DNA of 64,000 bases, from NCBI GenBank assembly GCA_965226375.1, contig CBDDCX010000008.1, forward strand, positions 1,984,001 through 2,048,000, written 5' to 3'. Every line of letters starts with the position of its first letter. Within the stretch, counting starts at the first letter, position 1. Made by a program: the position numbers and the translations under genes. Shown here one piece after another: positions 1-10,152 of the stretch. The stretch comes from Longimicrobiales bacterium (GTDB lineage: Bacteria > Gemmatimonadota > Gemmatimonadetes > Longimicrobiales > Gaopeijiaceae). A model generated the notes under the pieces. That model ran no database searches. It was not told where the DNA came from and saw nothing but the letters and a program-made list of their open reading frames with translations.

Positions 1-1179
1 GGCTCCCGTACCCGAGAGCGTGGTTCGATCGTCGTAGGGTGTCCCCACCCCCGGATCAGGGTCCCGAACGTCGGTCGTCTGCCCCATCACGTGCGCGCTC
101 CAGCGAAGCGCCTGCCCCGCCCCTCCCGCTCGTTCGCCTGAAGCAAAGGCGCGGGAGCGGCGAAGGGTCTGCCGGCCGGTGTGCGAGGGCGCGAAGCTCC
201 GCCCGGGGAGTCCTCGGTCCATCTGCTCGGTCGCGAGACCGACACGAAGATGGCCGTTCGTCCTGTCGCTGTTCCATCCCAGTCGCGCGCTCCAGAGACG
301 AGAGTCCGCGTTGTCTCTGATCGAGGCGCCACCGCCGGCCTGGTCCGGCAGATCGAAGTCGAATCCGCCGCCCAATTCGTGAAAGACACCTCCGAGGTCC
401 ACGGTGCCGCCCAGGAGACGGGCTCCGTAGTCCGCCTCGACCCCTACCTCGCGGAGGGATCCGGTCGTCAACGCGGCGCCTCCTCCCCGCTCTGTCGCGC
501 GGGTCTCCATCAGGATCACCCCACCCTCGGCCCGGGCCCCGTACCGCGCAGACCTTCCCCCGGGCAGTAGCTGGATGGAGGCGACCTGGCCTGCCGGAAT
601 CGTGGACAGGTCGGCCTCGCCAGTGATGGGATCGTTGATGGGAACCCCGTCGAGCAGGACGAGGACGGCGTCGCCCCCGCTCCCTCGGATGGACGGCGTC
701 TGGGATCCACCACGCCCCGTACTCGACAGAAGCACCCCCGGAACGTGGCGCATCAGATCACCTGCAGTCGCACCTGGTAGGGAGCGCAGGTCCTCGTTCG
801 AGAGTACGAATCCCTCCAGAGGGTCGGCGTCGACCCGTGCCGTTACACCCTCGAGGGCGAACACGGGCGAGAGCCGGATCCTGAGATCCGTGACCCTTCC
901 GTTTTCGATCACAACTTCGTTGACGGAGGTCACGTAACCCGCCGAAGAGGCCCGCACGGTGTAACGCCCCGGCTCCAGTCCGCAGAGGTCGAAGGCGCCC
1001 CTTCCGTCGAGCCCGGTGGTGCGTGAGCCCGGATCGATGCGGACAACGGCGGTGGCAAGGGGGTGGTCGGTGAACGCATCGACGACCCGCCCACGGATCT
1101 CACCGGGCCACTGCGCATGCAGCGGCTCGGCCGAGCCGAGGGCCCAGAATGCCATCGATACCAACAAAAAGACCCGCAT
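1..1179 (-). CDS. TonB-dependent outer-membrane receptor, probably BtuB-like; 5' part only, runs off the left edge
   Basis: Not in the ORF track because there is no stop inside the window. Manual translation from ATG 1179 gives MRVFLLVSMAFWALGSAEPLHAQ (signal peptide), a carboxypeptidase-regulatory-like domain (GRVVDA..LEPGRYTVRAS), then plug motifs SIRGSGGDAVLVLLDGVPIND and SARYGARAEGGVI. Lies directly downstream of a cobalamin riboswitch. Confidence 0.85.
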   Translation of the reverse strand, partial: MRVFLLVSMAFWALGSAEPLHAQWPGEIRGRVVDAFTDHPLATAVVRIDPGSRTTGLDGRGAFDLCGLEPGRYTVRASSAGYVTSVNEVVIENGRVTDLRIRLSPVFALEGVTARVDADPLEGFVLSNEDLRSLPGATAGDLMRHVPGVLLSSTGRGGSQTPSIRGSGGDAVLVLLDGVPINDPITGEADLSTIPAGQVASIQLLPGGRSARYGARAEGGVILMETRATERGGGAALTTGSLREVGVEADYGARLLGGTVDLGGVFHELGGGFDFDLPDQAGGGASIRDNADSRLWSARLGWNSDRTNGHLRVGLATEQMDRGLPGRSFAPSHTGRQTLRRSRAFASGERAGGAGQALRWSAHVMGQTTDVRDPDPGVGTPYDDRTTLSGTGA

Positions 1180-1205
1180 CTCTTCCCCTCGAAGAGTGCC
1201 TGGGA

Positions 1206-1374
1206 TGCGGGCGTGCAGATCTACTGACTTAGGGCGGCTTTCCCTCGCCTTCCCAGAGCCCTCGGGCTCCAGTGGCTTTCTAGAGGGGGCCTTTCCGGCG
1301 CGTGTCGCGCCGAGCCCATCACAGTGGCGGGGCCGTGCCGGATTCACACCGGCTTCTGAGATGCCTCGCCCGCT
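1206..1374 (-). ncRNA. Cobalamin (B12) riboswitch
   Basis: Minus strand reads GAAGCCGGTGTGAATCCGGCACGGCCCCGCCACTGTGA ... GCCACTG ... GGGAAGG ... AAGTCAGTAGATCTGC, closed by GCGGGCG/CGCCCGC; located in the 5' leader of a TonB-dependent receptor. Confidence 0.9.
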
Positions 1375-1393
1375 TCAGCTAAATTGTGGCACC

Positions 1394-1422
1394 AAGGTGT
1401 TCCAACGGCACGTCGGCGTCAA
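1394..1422 (-). promoter_or_regulatory. Putative sigma70 promoter for the riboswitch leader
   Basis: TTGACG-N17-CACCTT on the minus strand just upstream of the riboswitch. Confidence 0.4.
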
Positions 1423-1446
1423 GCTGGCCGCGAAGTGGGCCGTCGC

Positions 1447-2214
1447 TCAAATCGTCTCGAGCACCTCGACCCGTACCCAACCCACCTTCCCATCCTCCAG
1501 CACCACCTCGGCCCATGCCTCGGCACGACGGTCCACCCGGACCTTGGTACCTTCGTGCACCGTGAAGATGATGAGCGTCTCGTCATCCACAGGTGCGCTC
1601 AAGACCTCGACCTGGGGCACCATGATCACGGCCTCTTCCGACCTACCGAGCCCCAGCTGGATGGCCAGATTGAGCCCTAGGACCAGCAGCACCCCGCCGG
1701 CCGCGAGCGCCACGTGCCCACCCCAGAGGGCCGCCGACCCTCCGCGCTTCCAAACGAGCAGAATCACACCGGTCATCCCGGCCACATATGCCAACGCCAC
1801 CAGGAACAGGAGGATCGATCTGGGCAAGAGGTCGACCCACCAACTCCAGGCGTCCAGCACCCAGAACCTGGGCAGAGGCTCGATCTCGTCGGCCGTGAGA
1901 GATCGTGCCAGGTCAAGGTTCACCCGCACGTCCTCGTCACTGGGAAGTAGCCGTCGTGCTCGCTCGTAGTGCAGAATGGCGCGTGCCAGATCACCGACCT
2001 TGAAGTAGGTGTTCCCGATGTTGTAGTAGACCTCTCCGCTCTCCAGCCCGGCCTCGACCACTCGCAGGTAGCTGGACAGGGCTCCCTCGAAATCGCCCTC
2101 CTGGTAGAGCCGGTTCCCCTCCTGGTAGAACTCCACTTGGACGGATGCGGCGCCGGGAGCGAGGAGTGCCAAGGCGGACAACGTGACAGCGCAGCAGAGC
2201 AGGCCCCGTCTCAT
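1447..2214 (-). CDS. batE: BatE-like TPR + SH3 membrane protein
   Basis: TPR (YYNIGNTYFK..ARAILHYERA), TM segments, C-terminal SH3-like HEGTKVRV..DGKVGWV; ATG 2214 overlaps the batD stop (ATGA). Confidence 0.85.
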   Translation of the reverse strand: MRRGLLCCAVTLSALALLAPGAASVQVEFYQEGNRLYQEGDFEGALSSYLRVVEAGLESGEVYYNIGNTYFKVGDLARAILHYERARRLLPSDEDVRVNLDLARSLTADEIEPLPRFWVLDAWSWWVDLLPRSILLFLVALAYVAGMTGVILLVWKRGGSAALWGGHVALAAGGVLLVLGLNLAIQLGLGRSEEAVIMVPQVEVLSAPVDDETLIIFTVHEGTKVRVDRRAEAWAEVVLEDGKVGWVRVEVLETI

Positions 2215-4055
2215 GACAGGCCCTCCTGCACGGCGGCCATGGCCGCGGCGGCCCGCTCGTAGAATCGGGCTCGCTTCTCGTCGGTGGAGCCCGCTGGAGC
2301 GAAGCGAGCCCGGTCGCACACAGCAAGGCATTCCAGATACTCCCTTACCGCCTCTGATGAGACCCCGCGCTCGGTGAGTTCCGATTCGGCGCTGTCGGAC
2401 ATGAACCCGGCCTCCGCCACGTTGAGCTTGTCCGCAAGAAAGCCCCGGAGGGCCCGCTCGACCTCGACGTAGAAGGTCCGCACATCGGCACCCGACGCGA
2501 GGGAGCGGGCCCTGCCCAGGCGCTTCCGAGCAACACGACTCGCCCGACGTGCGCGCGCAAACGCCACATCACCCTCCAGCCGGTCCTGGTGCCACCGCAA
2601 ACCCAAGGTCCCGATCATGGCGACCAGGGGAAGTAGCGTTACGATCCAAAAGCCCGGCGAATCGAAGATGGAGGCATCGGCTACGGCGAATCGCGGAGGA
2701 GCGATGCGAATGAACCGGATGTCCTCCCGAAGCGTCTCGACGCCGCTGCGTAAACCAGGCCTGATCGTAATGGCGTCACCCGTCACCGCCAGACCCAGGG
2801 GCTCCGTCTCCACGGTCGCATAACGTCCTCTCCCCACATCGAAGTAGCTCATCTCGATGGGAGGGATGGTCTTCGCACCCGGAGTCCGCGGAATCAGAAC
2901 GTAGTCGTACGTCTTGGTGCCACTGATGCGGGTGCCGCTTCGGTCAATGGATTCTGAGACATCTGGGGGAAAGACCTCGAAGTCACGGGAAAGGACGATA
3001 GTGGGCGCGGTGAGCCCTCGGAGGTTGCCCTCCCCCGTCACCCGGACCGACAGGGTCACCGCCTCGTTCGTCTCCACATCGGTCCGGTCGAGCGAGGCCG
3101 TGACGCCGAGGCGGCCCACCAGACCGGTGAAACTCTCCGGCCGCCCCTCCCCCGGCAGAGGCATTACCTCGATTTCCACGGCTTCGGACGCGACCAGCAC
3201 GGGTTCGATGGAGCCGAAGAGAGAGCTCCGGTTGAAAAAATCCTGGAAGGGGTCCCGGGACCGCTGCTGTATTCTGACCCGAGCCTCGACCGTCATCGGC
3301 TCCACCGTCTTCGTGCCGGGTCCGGTCGGAAAGAGTACGGAATGTCGGAGAACGGCGCTGGCATACTGCACGCCATCTCGGACCACCTGCTCGACCTGGG
3401 GATTCTGCGTCTGCGGTACATCCTCGACCCAGAATCCCTCGTTTCCTCCCGTCTGTGTAACGGAGTAGGAGGTAACGTTCACCCGGGTGAACAGCCGATA
3501 GCGGACCACGACCGGTTCGTTCTCGTAAACCCGGCGCTTATTCACTTCGGCGATGACAAACAGGTCGTCGGGGGCCGGCCCCGAGGGGTCGTCCCGGGGG
3601 GGGACAGCGCCCTGACCTGAAGAAGGCACGGCGGAAACCGTCAGCGTGATCGGCTCGGTGGCGAGCACCCGCCCCCCGGCCCGAACCGTGACCGGTCCGA
3701 TGTCGAAGGTGCCCTCCTCCATCGCCTGGTATCGATACTGGATGATCACCGAGACGGTGGTGGCCCCGTTGATCATCTGCATGTTCGTGGAGCTGCTGGC
3801 GCCCAGGTACCGCCCGAAGGTCCCGATAATCGGAAGCTCGGGGTCGGTGTCGGTGCGCTGTGTGCCCCGTACCTCCACGTTCAGCACGAACTGCCCGTTG
3901 AGGCCCACCGAGGCGGGGGTGAGGAAAGCCCGGGCGGAGACTTCCTGAGCGGCCACTTGAACGGGCGCAGCCACCGCCAGAATCATGACCCCCAACAAGA
4001 GCCACGATCCTCTGTACGGGATCACCGACGACACGGTGTGAGCCAGGCGCATCAT
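2211..4055 (-). CDS. batD: BatD family protein
   Basis: Signal peptide, repeated BatD Ig-like domains (VTGEGNL, YDYVLIPR), TM, DIRFI motif; position in operon. Confidence 0.85.
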   Translation of the reverse strand: MMRLAHTVSSVIPYRGSWLLLGVMILAVAAPVQVAAQEVSARAFLTPASVGLNGQFVLNVEVRGTQRTDTDPELPIIGTFGRYLGASSSTNMQMINGATTVSVIIQYRYQAMEEGTFDIGPVTVRAGGRVLATEPITLTVSAVPSSGQGAVPPRDDPSGPAPDDLFVIAEVNKRRVYENEPVVVRYRLFTRVNVTSYSVTQTGGNEGFWVEDVPQTQNPQVEQVVRDGVQYASAVLRHSVLFPTGPGTKTVEPMTVEARVRIQQRSRDPFQDFFNRSSLFGSIEPVLVASEAVEIEVMPLPGEGRPESFTGLVGRLGVTASLDRTDVETNEAVTLSVRVTGEGNLRGLTAPTIVLSRDFEVFPPDVSESIDRSGTRISGTKTYDYVLIPRTPGAKTIPPIEMSYFDVGRGRYATVETEPLGLAVTGDAITIRPGLRSGVETLREDIRFIRIAPPRFAVADASIFDSPGFWIVTLLPLVAMIGTLGLRWHQDRLEGDVAFARARRASRVARKRLGRARSLASGADVRTFYVEVERALRGFLADKLNVAEAGFMSDSAESELTERGVSSEAVREYLECLAVCDRARFAPAGSTDEKRARFYERAAAAMAAVQEGLS

Positions 4056-4059
4056 AATC

Positions 4060-4812
4060 CTACCAGGGTCTCCTGGACCGGCGACCCCGAGCTGGCTGGG
4101 CACGTCGATTCACGTCGTCGGGATCCTCCTGGACGGCCTGCAGGAGGCGCTCGGCTTCTTCCCGGCTCATCTCGCCTGGAGCCTCCTGAGGCTGCTGCTG
4201 TTCGTCCTCGGATTCCTGGTCCTCGGGCGGTTGCTGATCCTGGTTCTGGTCCTGGGGGGGGTCTTGCTCCCCATCCTGTTGGTCCTGCTCTTGCTCCTGG
4301 TCCTCCTGGTCCTGTTGCTGCTGGTCTTGGTCCTCGGGCTCGCCCTCACCGTCCTGCTGCTGCTCCTGATCCTGCTCCTCGAGCTGCTCCAGAACCCGCT
4401 CGAGATTGTGCTTGTAGTCCAGGTCCCCCGGGGTGTTGCGGAGAGCCTGCTTGAACGCCTCGAGGCTCTCTTCCAGCTGTTGCCCCCGATACAACGCGTT
4501 CCCGAGGTTGTACCACGCCGGTCCAGCCAAGTCCGCATCGCCGCTCTCGATCGACTGACGATAGGCGTCGAGAGCCCTTTCATACTCCTCGGTCTGGTAG
4601 AGGGCGTTCCCGTCGTTGAAAAGGGCCAAGGGCGAACCCGGAGCGTCGCGCAGTGCCTCGAGGTACTTCTCGTGCGCCTCCCCGAAGCGCCCCTCCTCAT
4701 AGAGGCGGTTGCCCTCGTTCACGTCGGCACGACCCCGCTGGGCCGCCACCGAGAATGGCGACGCCGCGAGCGCCGCAGCAGCGGCGGCGATGAGCCCCAG
4801 GGTGAGCCTCAT
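4060..4812 (-). CDS. batC: BatC-like TPR protein with Q/D/E-rich linker
   Basis: TPRs (WYNLGNALYR..FKQALR..HNLE), acidic Q-rich tract, MSREEAERLL, C-terminal W. Confidence 0.85.
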   Translation of the reverse strand: MRLTLGLIAAAAAALAASPFSVAAQRGRADVNEGNRLYEEGRFGEAHEKYLEALRDAPGSPLALFNDGNALYQTEEYERALDAYRQSIESGDADLAGPAWYNLGNALYRGQQLEESLEAFKQALRNTPGDLDYKHNLERVLEQLEEQDQEQQQDGEGEPEDQDQQQQDQEDQEQEQDQQDGEQDPPQDQNQDQQPPEDQESEDEQQQPQEAPGEMSREEAERLLQAVQEDPDDVNRRAQPARGRRSRRPW

Positions 4813-5840
4813 GAGAACCTCCCCTCCCATGCTTCTTTCATCCGTCGTCGGTCCGGCACGAAACCCTCGACCAAGAGGAGCATCAGCGCCATCCCGAGGA
4901 ACACTTGGAACTGCTCCTCGAACTGTGTAATCTGCCGGGCCTCGAGCTCACGGCCCTCACCACCGGTGATCTCGTCCACGAGAGCATCCAAACCCGTTCC
5001 GGAACCGGTGGCCGGAAAGTACTGGCCCCCGGTCGCCAGAGAGATACGCCGTAGGGTCGCGTCGTCTAGCCGGGTGGTGACGACGTTCCCTTCGGCGTCC
5101 CGCTTGAAACCGCTGCGCACTCCGGCCTCATCGATCTCCGGTATGGGAACACCCTCCAACGATCCGATCCCGACGGTATGGATCTGCACACCCTCTTGCA
5201 CGGCGCGCTCGACAGCGCTCTCGATCTCGCCCTCGTGGTCCTCTCCGTCGGTGACGATCAGCAGCACGCGGTGATCACGGCTGCCCTCCTCGAAGGCGTC
5301 CAGCGCCACGGTCAGGGCCTCACCCAGGTTGGTACCCTGGAGGGGAATCAGGTCCGTATCCATGGCGTTCAGGAACATGGCTGCGGCCCCGTAGTCCACC
5401 GTCAAAGGTGCCTGCACGAAGGCGTTTCCGGCAAAGGCGACCAGCCCGATACGGTCTCCGTCGAGCCGCTGCAGAATGCGCATGATTTCAAGGCGTGCCC
5501 TCTCCAACCGGTTCGGGCCGGCATCCTCGGCGAGCATGGACAGCGATACGTCCAGAGCCACCATCACATCCTGTCCCTGGCTCCGCACGGTCTCCACCCG
5601 GGTCCCGAACTGGGGACGTGCCAGCGACAGCACCAGGAATGCCACCGCCACCAACAGCAGGATCCCCTTGGCCGTTCGCCCCCTGCGGCTCACGGTCAGG
5701 CTCAGCTTGTGCACCAGATCCAGGTCGCCGAAACGGGCCAGAGCCTGCCTGCGCGCCCGGAGTGCTCCCCAGAAGAACGCCGCCAGCGCGGGCACAAGGA
5801 CGAGTCCAAAGAGCGTCTCGACGGAAAAGAATCGGAACAC
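4809..5840 (-). CDS. batB: vWA domain protein BatB
   Basis: LARPQFG, MIDAS DVSLSM, PNRLERA, DRIGLVAFAG, TDGEDH. Confidence 0.9.
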   Translation of the reverse strand: MFRFFSVETLFGLVLVPALAAFFWGALRARRQALARFGDLDLVHKLSLTVSRRGRTAKGILLLVAVAFLVLSLARPQFGTRVETVRSQGQDVMVALDVSLSMLAEDAGPNRLERARLEIMRILQRLDGDRIGLVAFAGNAFVQAPLTVDYGAAAMFLNAMDTDLIPLQGTNLGEALTVALDAFEEGSRDHRVLLIVTDGEDHEGEIESAVERAVQEGVQIHTVGIGSLEGVPIPEIDEAGVRSGFKRDAEGNVVTTRLDDATLRRISLATGGQYFPATGSGTGLDALVDEITGGEGRELEARQITQFEEQFQVFLGMALMLLLVEGFVPDRRRMKEAWEGRFS

Positions 5841-5848
5841 GTGGTCTC

Positions 5849-6838
5849 CTACGGCAGTTTGCGGAGAGCGGTCTGGCCCAAACCCACCTCTAGAACCAGC
5901 AGGAGGAGGCCCGCGGCCAGCGGGTAATGGAACAGCTCGCCATAACTCGTGAAGTTCTGCACTTCGACCTCGGTGGTCTCCAACTCGTCGATCTCGCGGT
6001 AGATCTCAGAGAGACTCTCGGAATCCGTGGCCCTGAAATACCGCCCGCCCGTGAGCTGCGCGACTTCCCGGAGCGTCGGTTCGTCGACGTCCACCTGAAT
6101 GTTCACGTAGCGACGGCCCAGGGTGGGGTCGTCGACAGGCACCCGCGCCATCCCCTGGCTACCAGCGCCGATCGTGTAGACCTTCACGCCGAGGGCCTGG
6201 GCCATCTGTGCCGCGGTCACGGGCCCGATCTCACCGGTGTTGCTTCGGCCATCCGTGAGAAGAACGATGACTTTGGATTCGGCATCCGAAGCCTGGAGGC
6301 GCTTCACGGCGGTCGCGAGACCCATTCCGACCGTGGTCCCATCCTGGATCATCCCGACCTCCATCTGGCCGAGAAGGTCCGTGACCACGGAGTAGTCCAG
6401 CGTCAGGGGCGCCTGCGTGAACGCCTGTCCGGCAAAAACCACCAGTCCGATACGGTCGTCGCGGCGGCCCGCGACGAATTCGGCCGCGACGGACTTGGCG
6501 GCCTCTAGTCGGTTCGGTTCGAGATCTTCGGCGAGCATGGAGCTCGAGATGTCGATGACCAAAACGATGTCGATGCCCTCGGCCGTCACGGTCTCACTCG
6601 TGATCCCCGTTTGGGGCCTCGCAAAAGCGACGATGAGCGCCGTGAGAGCGATGATCCGGAAGATGAACAGGCTATGACGGAAACGGCCTGTCCGTCCGAC
6701 GTCGGCGTGCTTCAGCGACGCGACATCGGAGTACCGAATGGCTCCGGATCGCTGCCTTCGGCGCGCCACATAGCTGTATACCATGAACGGCAGGACCACT
6801 AGCAGCACCAGGAACCAGGGATCCTCGAATCGATACAT
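5849..6838 (-). CDS. batA: vWA domain protein BatA
   Basis: N-terminal FEDPWFL, FARPQ, MIDAS DISSSM, PNRLEAAK, LLTDG. Confidence 0.9.
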   Translation of the reverse strand: MYRFEDPWFLVLLVVLPFMVYSYVARRRQRSGAIRYSDVASLKHADVGRTGRFRHSLFIFRIIALTALIVAFARPQTGITSETVTAEGIDIVLVIDISSSMLAEDLEPNRLEAAKSVAAEFVAGRRDDRIGLVVFAGQAFTQAPLTLDYSVVTDLLGQMEVGMIQDGTTVGMGLATAVKRLQASDAESKVIVLLTDGRSNTGEIGPVTAAQMAQALGVKVYTIGAGSQGMARVPVDDPTLGRRYVNIQVDVDEPTLREVAQLTGGRYFRATDSESLSEIYREIDELETTEVEVQNFTSYGELFHYPLAAGLLLLVLEVGLGQTALRKLP

Positions 6839-7857
6839 CAGGCCCCCTCGGCTCCAGCCGGCTCGAGGACGGGATCACGATCCTCGGCGTCCCCATCCGG
6901 CGTGGGTGCCTCGGTCAGATCTTCCGCCCGTCCCCGGGTACGATCGACCAGCGCGCGAGCGGCCGCCAGCGCCTGCCGACAGGCATCAGGCGTCGGACGG
7001 AGCTTGGCGAACTTGACCAGATCGCACCGGCTCAAGAACTGAGCGAAAGCCGCCAGAGCATCATCGTCGAGTCCGGTCCTACGGAGCCCGTCCATGACCT
7101 CGGTCGTCGTCATTTCCAGGGCGAAGACGTCGAAACGGCCTTCCACATAGGTCCGCATGATCTCGGACACCCCGATATGGTACTCCTTGATCTGCGAGCG
7201 CTGCAGCAGATCCGACGCCTCCAGGCGATCGAGAGCGTCGTACGCCTCCTCGTGGGGAAGCCGGGGGATGATGACCGCCCGCCGCGACGCGGAATCATCA
7301 CCTCGGCGTCGTCTCCGCCAGAGCCAGAACGCCGCCAGGCACACCGCCACCAGTAGAAGCAGCCAAGGGAGCACGTAGATCACGCCAATAGGGATGCCGA
7401 GCGGGCCCCGGATGGTGCGGATGTCTCCCCCTTCGTCCAGACCCACACTCTGCACGGTCACACCGTACGCATCGGTGGAGACCGTGGTAGACGCTCCGTC
7501 GGGACCCTCGACCATAAGCTCGAAGCTCGGGACCTCGAGGTCGCCGAGTTCGAAGACGGTAAGCGTAATCCGAGCGCCCGTTACGGTGCGACCTTCCAGG
7601 TCCGTCGGCGCCAGAAGCTCGGCTCCGAGGATCTCGAAAGGCTCCAGCGAAAGGGAGTCGGGCCAGACCACCCTTTCCCCCGGAGCATGCTCCACCGTAA
7701 CGGAGAGTTGGAGTCGGTCACCCACGCTGACCAGGGTCGTGTCCAGACCCGTGCGGACTCTGGGCGTCTGGGCCATGCCGACGCTAGGCGTCAGGATAGC
7801 GAACGCGGCCACCGCAAGGATCAAAGCCGAAGCCTGTAGCGGCCGATAAGCGCTCAT
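6838..7857 (-). CDS. Bat-operon membrane protein (BatD-like Ig domain + TM + helical domain)
   Basis: Signal peptide, Ig-like domain, TM followed by RRRRR, ALEMTT..DLVKFAK motif; conserved slot between DUF58 and batA. Confidence 0.75.
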   Translation of the reverse strand: MSAYRPLQASALILAVAAFAILTPSVGMAQTPRVRTGLDTTLVSVGDRLQLSVTVEHAPGERVVWPDSLSLEPFEILGAELLAPTDLEGRTVTGARITLTVFELGDLEVPSFELMVEGPDGASTTVSTDAYGVTVQSVGLDEGGDIRTIRGPLGIPIGVIYVLPWLLLLVAVCLAAFWLWRRRRRGDDSASRRAVIIPRLPHEEAYDALDRLEASDLLQRSQIKEYHIGVSEIMRTYVEGRFDVFALEMTTTEVMDGLRRTGLDDDALAAFAQFLSRCDLVKFAKLRPTPDACRQALAAARALVDRTRGRAEDLTEAPTPDGDAEDRDPVLEPAGAEGA

Positions 7858-8732
7858 CGGAACCGCCTCTCCCGCTCCTTGAAGAAGCGCATGAGGGGCT
7901 GGACGTACGACTCGTCGGTCTGGATGTCGATTACGTCGACTCGGCTGCGGCGGAAGGTACGCTCCAGCTCCTCGCGGGCCTTCACCGAGTGCTCTTCGAA
8001 CGTGGCGCGAAATCGTGCGTCCGAGGTGTTAACCAGGTACAACTCACCCGTCTCCGCATCCTCGAACTCCACATACCCGAGCGGCGGCAGCGACGCCTCA
8101 CGCCGATCGCCCAGGCGCACGGCGATGAGATCGTGCCTTCTTCCCGCCACGGACAGAGGCTTCTCGAACCCCTCGGACATGAAATCGGATACCAAAAACG
8201 CCACCGCCCGCCGCCGAACCACATGAGTCAGGTACTCCAGAACTCCGGCGATGTCGGTCCCGCGGCCCTCCGGCCGGTGGTAGAACAGCTCCCTGAGCAC
8301 GCGGAGTACGTGGGCGCGGCCCTTACGAGGCGGAACGAACTTCTCGATGCGGTCACTGAAGATGATCAGGCCGACCTTGTCATTGTTCTTGATGGCGCTG
8401 AAGGCCAGTAGCGCACAGATCTCGACCGCGACCTCGCCTTTCATCCGCTCTCGGGTGCCGAAGTCGCCGGAAGCACTCACGTCCACCACGAGCATCACGG
8501 TGAGCTCGCGTTCCTCCTCGAAGACCTTGACGAACGGATGTCCTGTCCGGGCAGTGACATTCCAGTCGATGCTCCGGATATCGTCTCCGTACTGATATTC
8601 ACGAACCTCGGCGAAATCCATCCCACGGCCCTTGAATACCGAATGGTATTCTCCCGAAAAGACCTCGTTGACGAGGCCCCGGGTGGTGATCTCGACCCGG
8701 CGAACCTTCTTGAGGATCTCTCGGGGAATCAT
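7854..8732 (-). CDS. DUF58 domain protein
   Basis: GEYHSVFKGRGMDFAEVREYQYGDDIRSIDWNVTAR..FEEERE. Confidence 0.92.
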   Translation of the reverse strand: MIPREILKKVRRVEITTRGLVNEVFSGEYHSVFKGRGMDFAEVREYQYGDDIRSIDWNVTARTGHPFVKVFEEERELTVMLVVDVSASGDFGTRERMKGEVAVEICALLAFSAIKNNDKVGLIIFSDRIEKFVPPRKGRAHVLRVLRELFYHRPEGRGTDIAGVLEYLTHVVRRRAVAFLVSDFMSEGFEKPLSVAGRRHDLIAVRLGDRREASLPPLGYVEFEDAETGELYLVNTSDARFRATFEEHSVKAREELERTFRRSRVDVIDIQTDESYVQPLMRFFKERERRFR

Positions 8733-8807
8733 CGACTCGACTCCGGCGATGAGACGCTCGCGCGCCTTCCGGCTTCGAACCGACCACAGCAGATGCTCAT
8801 GAAAGGC

Positions 8808-9851
8808 CTACGGAACCTCGATGTTGTCCAGGACCCGAGTGACCACGTCCTCGGGGGTGACCTCTTCTGCCTCCGCCTCGTAGGTCAGCAACACGCGGTG
8901 GCGCATCACGTCCAACCCGACGGCCCGGACGTCTTCGGGAGTCACGTAGCCCCGGCGCCGCAAGAAGGCATGCGCTCGCGCCGCCTTGGCCAGGTTGATG
9001 GTCGCGCGAGGCGACGCACCGAAGTCGATGAGATCCACGAGGTCGTGAAGCCCATGCCCCGCCGGATCGCGCGTGGCGAACACCAGATCCACGATATACC
9101 GCTCGACCTGGCTGTCCATGTAGATCATCTGCACGGCACCCCTGGCCTTGAGGATCTCCTCGGGCGTGATGACGGCGGACACCTCGGGCATAGGCCCGCC
9201 CGCCACACGCCGCAGGATCTCCAGCTCTTCGTCCTTGTCGGGGTAACCGACAGAGAGCTTGAGCATGAAGCGGTCGACCTGGGCCTCCGGCAGAGGATAG
9301 GTCCCCTCCTGCTCGATCGGGTTCTGGGTGGCGAGGACCAGGAACGGGTCGTCCAGAGGGAACGTGTTCTCGCCGATGGTGACCTGTTGCTCCTGCATGG
9401 ATTCCAGAAGGGCAGCCTGCACCTTGGCCGGCGATCGGTTGATCTCGTCGGCCAGGATGATATTGGCGAAGATGGGCCCCTTCTTCGTCTGGAACTCCGA
9501 CGACTTGGGATCGTAGATCAGCGTCCCGATCAGATCCGCCGGGAGTAGGTCGGGCGTAAACTGGATACGCTGGAAGGACGTCTGGATCGCCTTGGCCAGG
9601 GTGCTGACCGTCAGCGTCTTGGCGAGTCCGGGAACCCCCTCCATGAGCACGTGGCCATCGGCCAGCAAGCCGATGAGAAGTCGCTCGACCATATAGCGCT
9701 GGCCAACGATGACACGGGCGATCTCATCCCGGAGGCGGCTGATGAAAGCGCTCTCCTCCTGAATCTTGGCCTGAATCACTTCGATGTCCGCGTGCATGGC
9801 CGGAGCGCGCGGCGCTTCGGTGACAGTCTCCATTGTTTCTCGATCTTCCAT
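8808..9851 (-). CDS. moxR: MoxR-family AAA+ ATPase
   Basis: Walker A GVPGLAKT, RIQFTPDLLPAD, LADEINR, ATQNPIEQEGTYPLPEAQVDRF; start uncertain (9833-9887). Confidence 0.93.
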   Translation of the reverse strand: MEDRETMETVTEAPRAPAMHADIEVIQAKIQEESAFISRLRDEIARVIVGQRYMVERLLIGLLADGHVLMEGVPGLAKTLTVSTLAKAIQTSFQRIQFTPDLLPADLIGTLIYDPKSSEFQTKKGPIFANIILADEINRSPAKVQAALLESMQEQQVTIGENTFPLDDPFLVLATQNPIEQEGTYPLPEAQVDRFMLKLSVGYPDKDEELEILRRVAGGPMPEVSAVITPEEILKARGAVQMIYMDSQVERYIVDLVFATRDPAGHGLHDLVDLIDFGASPRATINLAKAARAHAFLRRRGYVTPEDVRAVGLDVMRHRVLLTYEAEAEEVTPEDVVTRVLDNIEVP

Positions 9852-10152
9852 CGGGTTCGTCCGGCTGTTTGAAATCGCTGCTTCCACAGCCGTGGAATAT
9901 ACTCAACGCGGGGCTCAACGGGATTCCCCGCTGGATATGCCTTGGCGACCGGGATTCTCGAGGCACCCCACCTGGATGAGCGCTACCGATGTATGATCAA
10001 GGAAGTCGACTGAAGGGTTTACTGTGGATGTGACCTCCTCGAGTCTTAAGCTGTACCGAGGCTTCAAGTGTCATGGTCCAGGTGGCTCGCGTTTCCTCTG
10101 AACGCTACACTACCGCGCGATCCGCAGAATCCACCCACCGAGCCCCTGATAC

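Noticed and set aside
4231..5274. 347-aa Leu/Val-rich ORF as a membrane protein
   Set aside because: Antisense shadow of the Q/D/E tract of batC and of batB.
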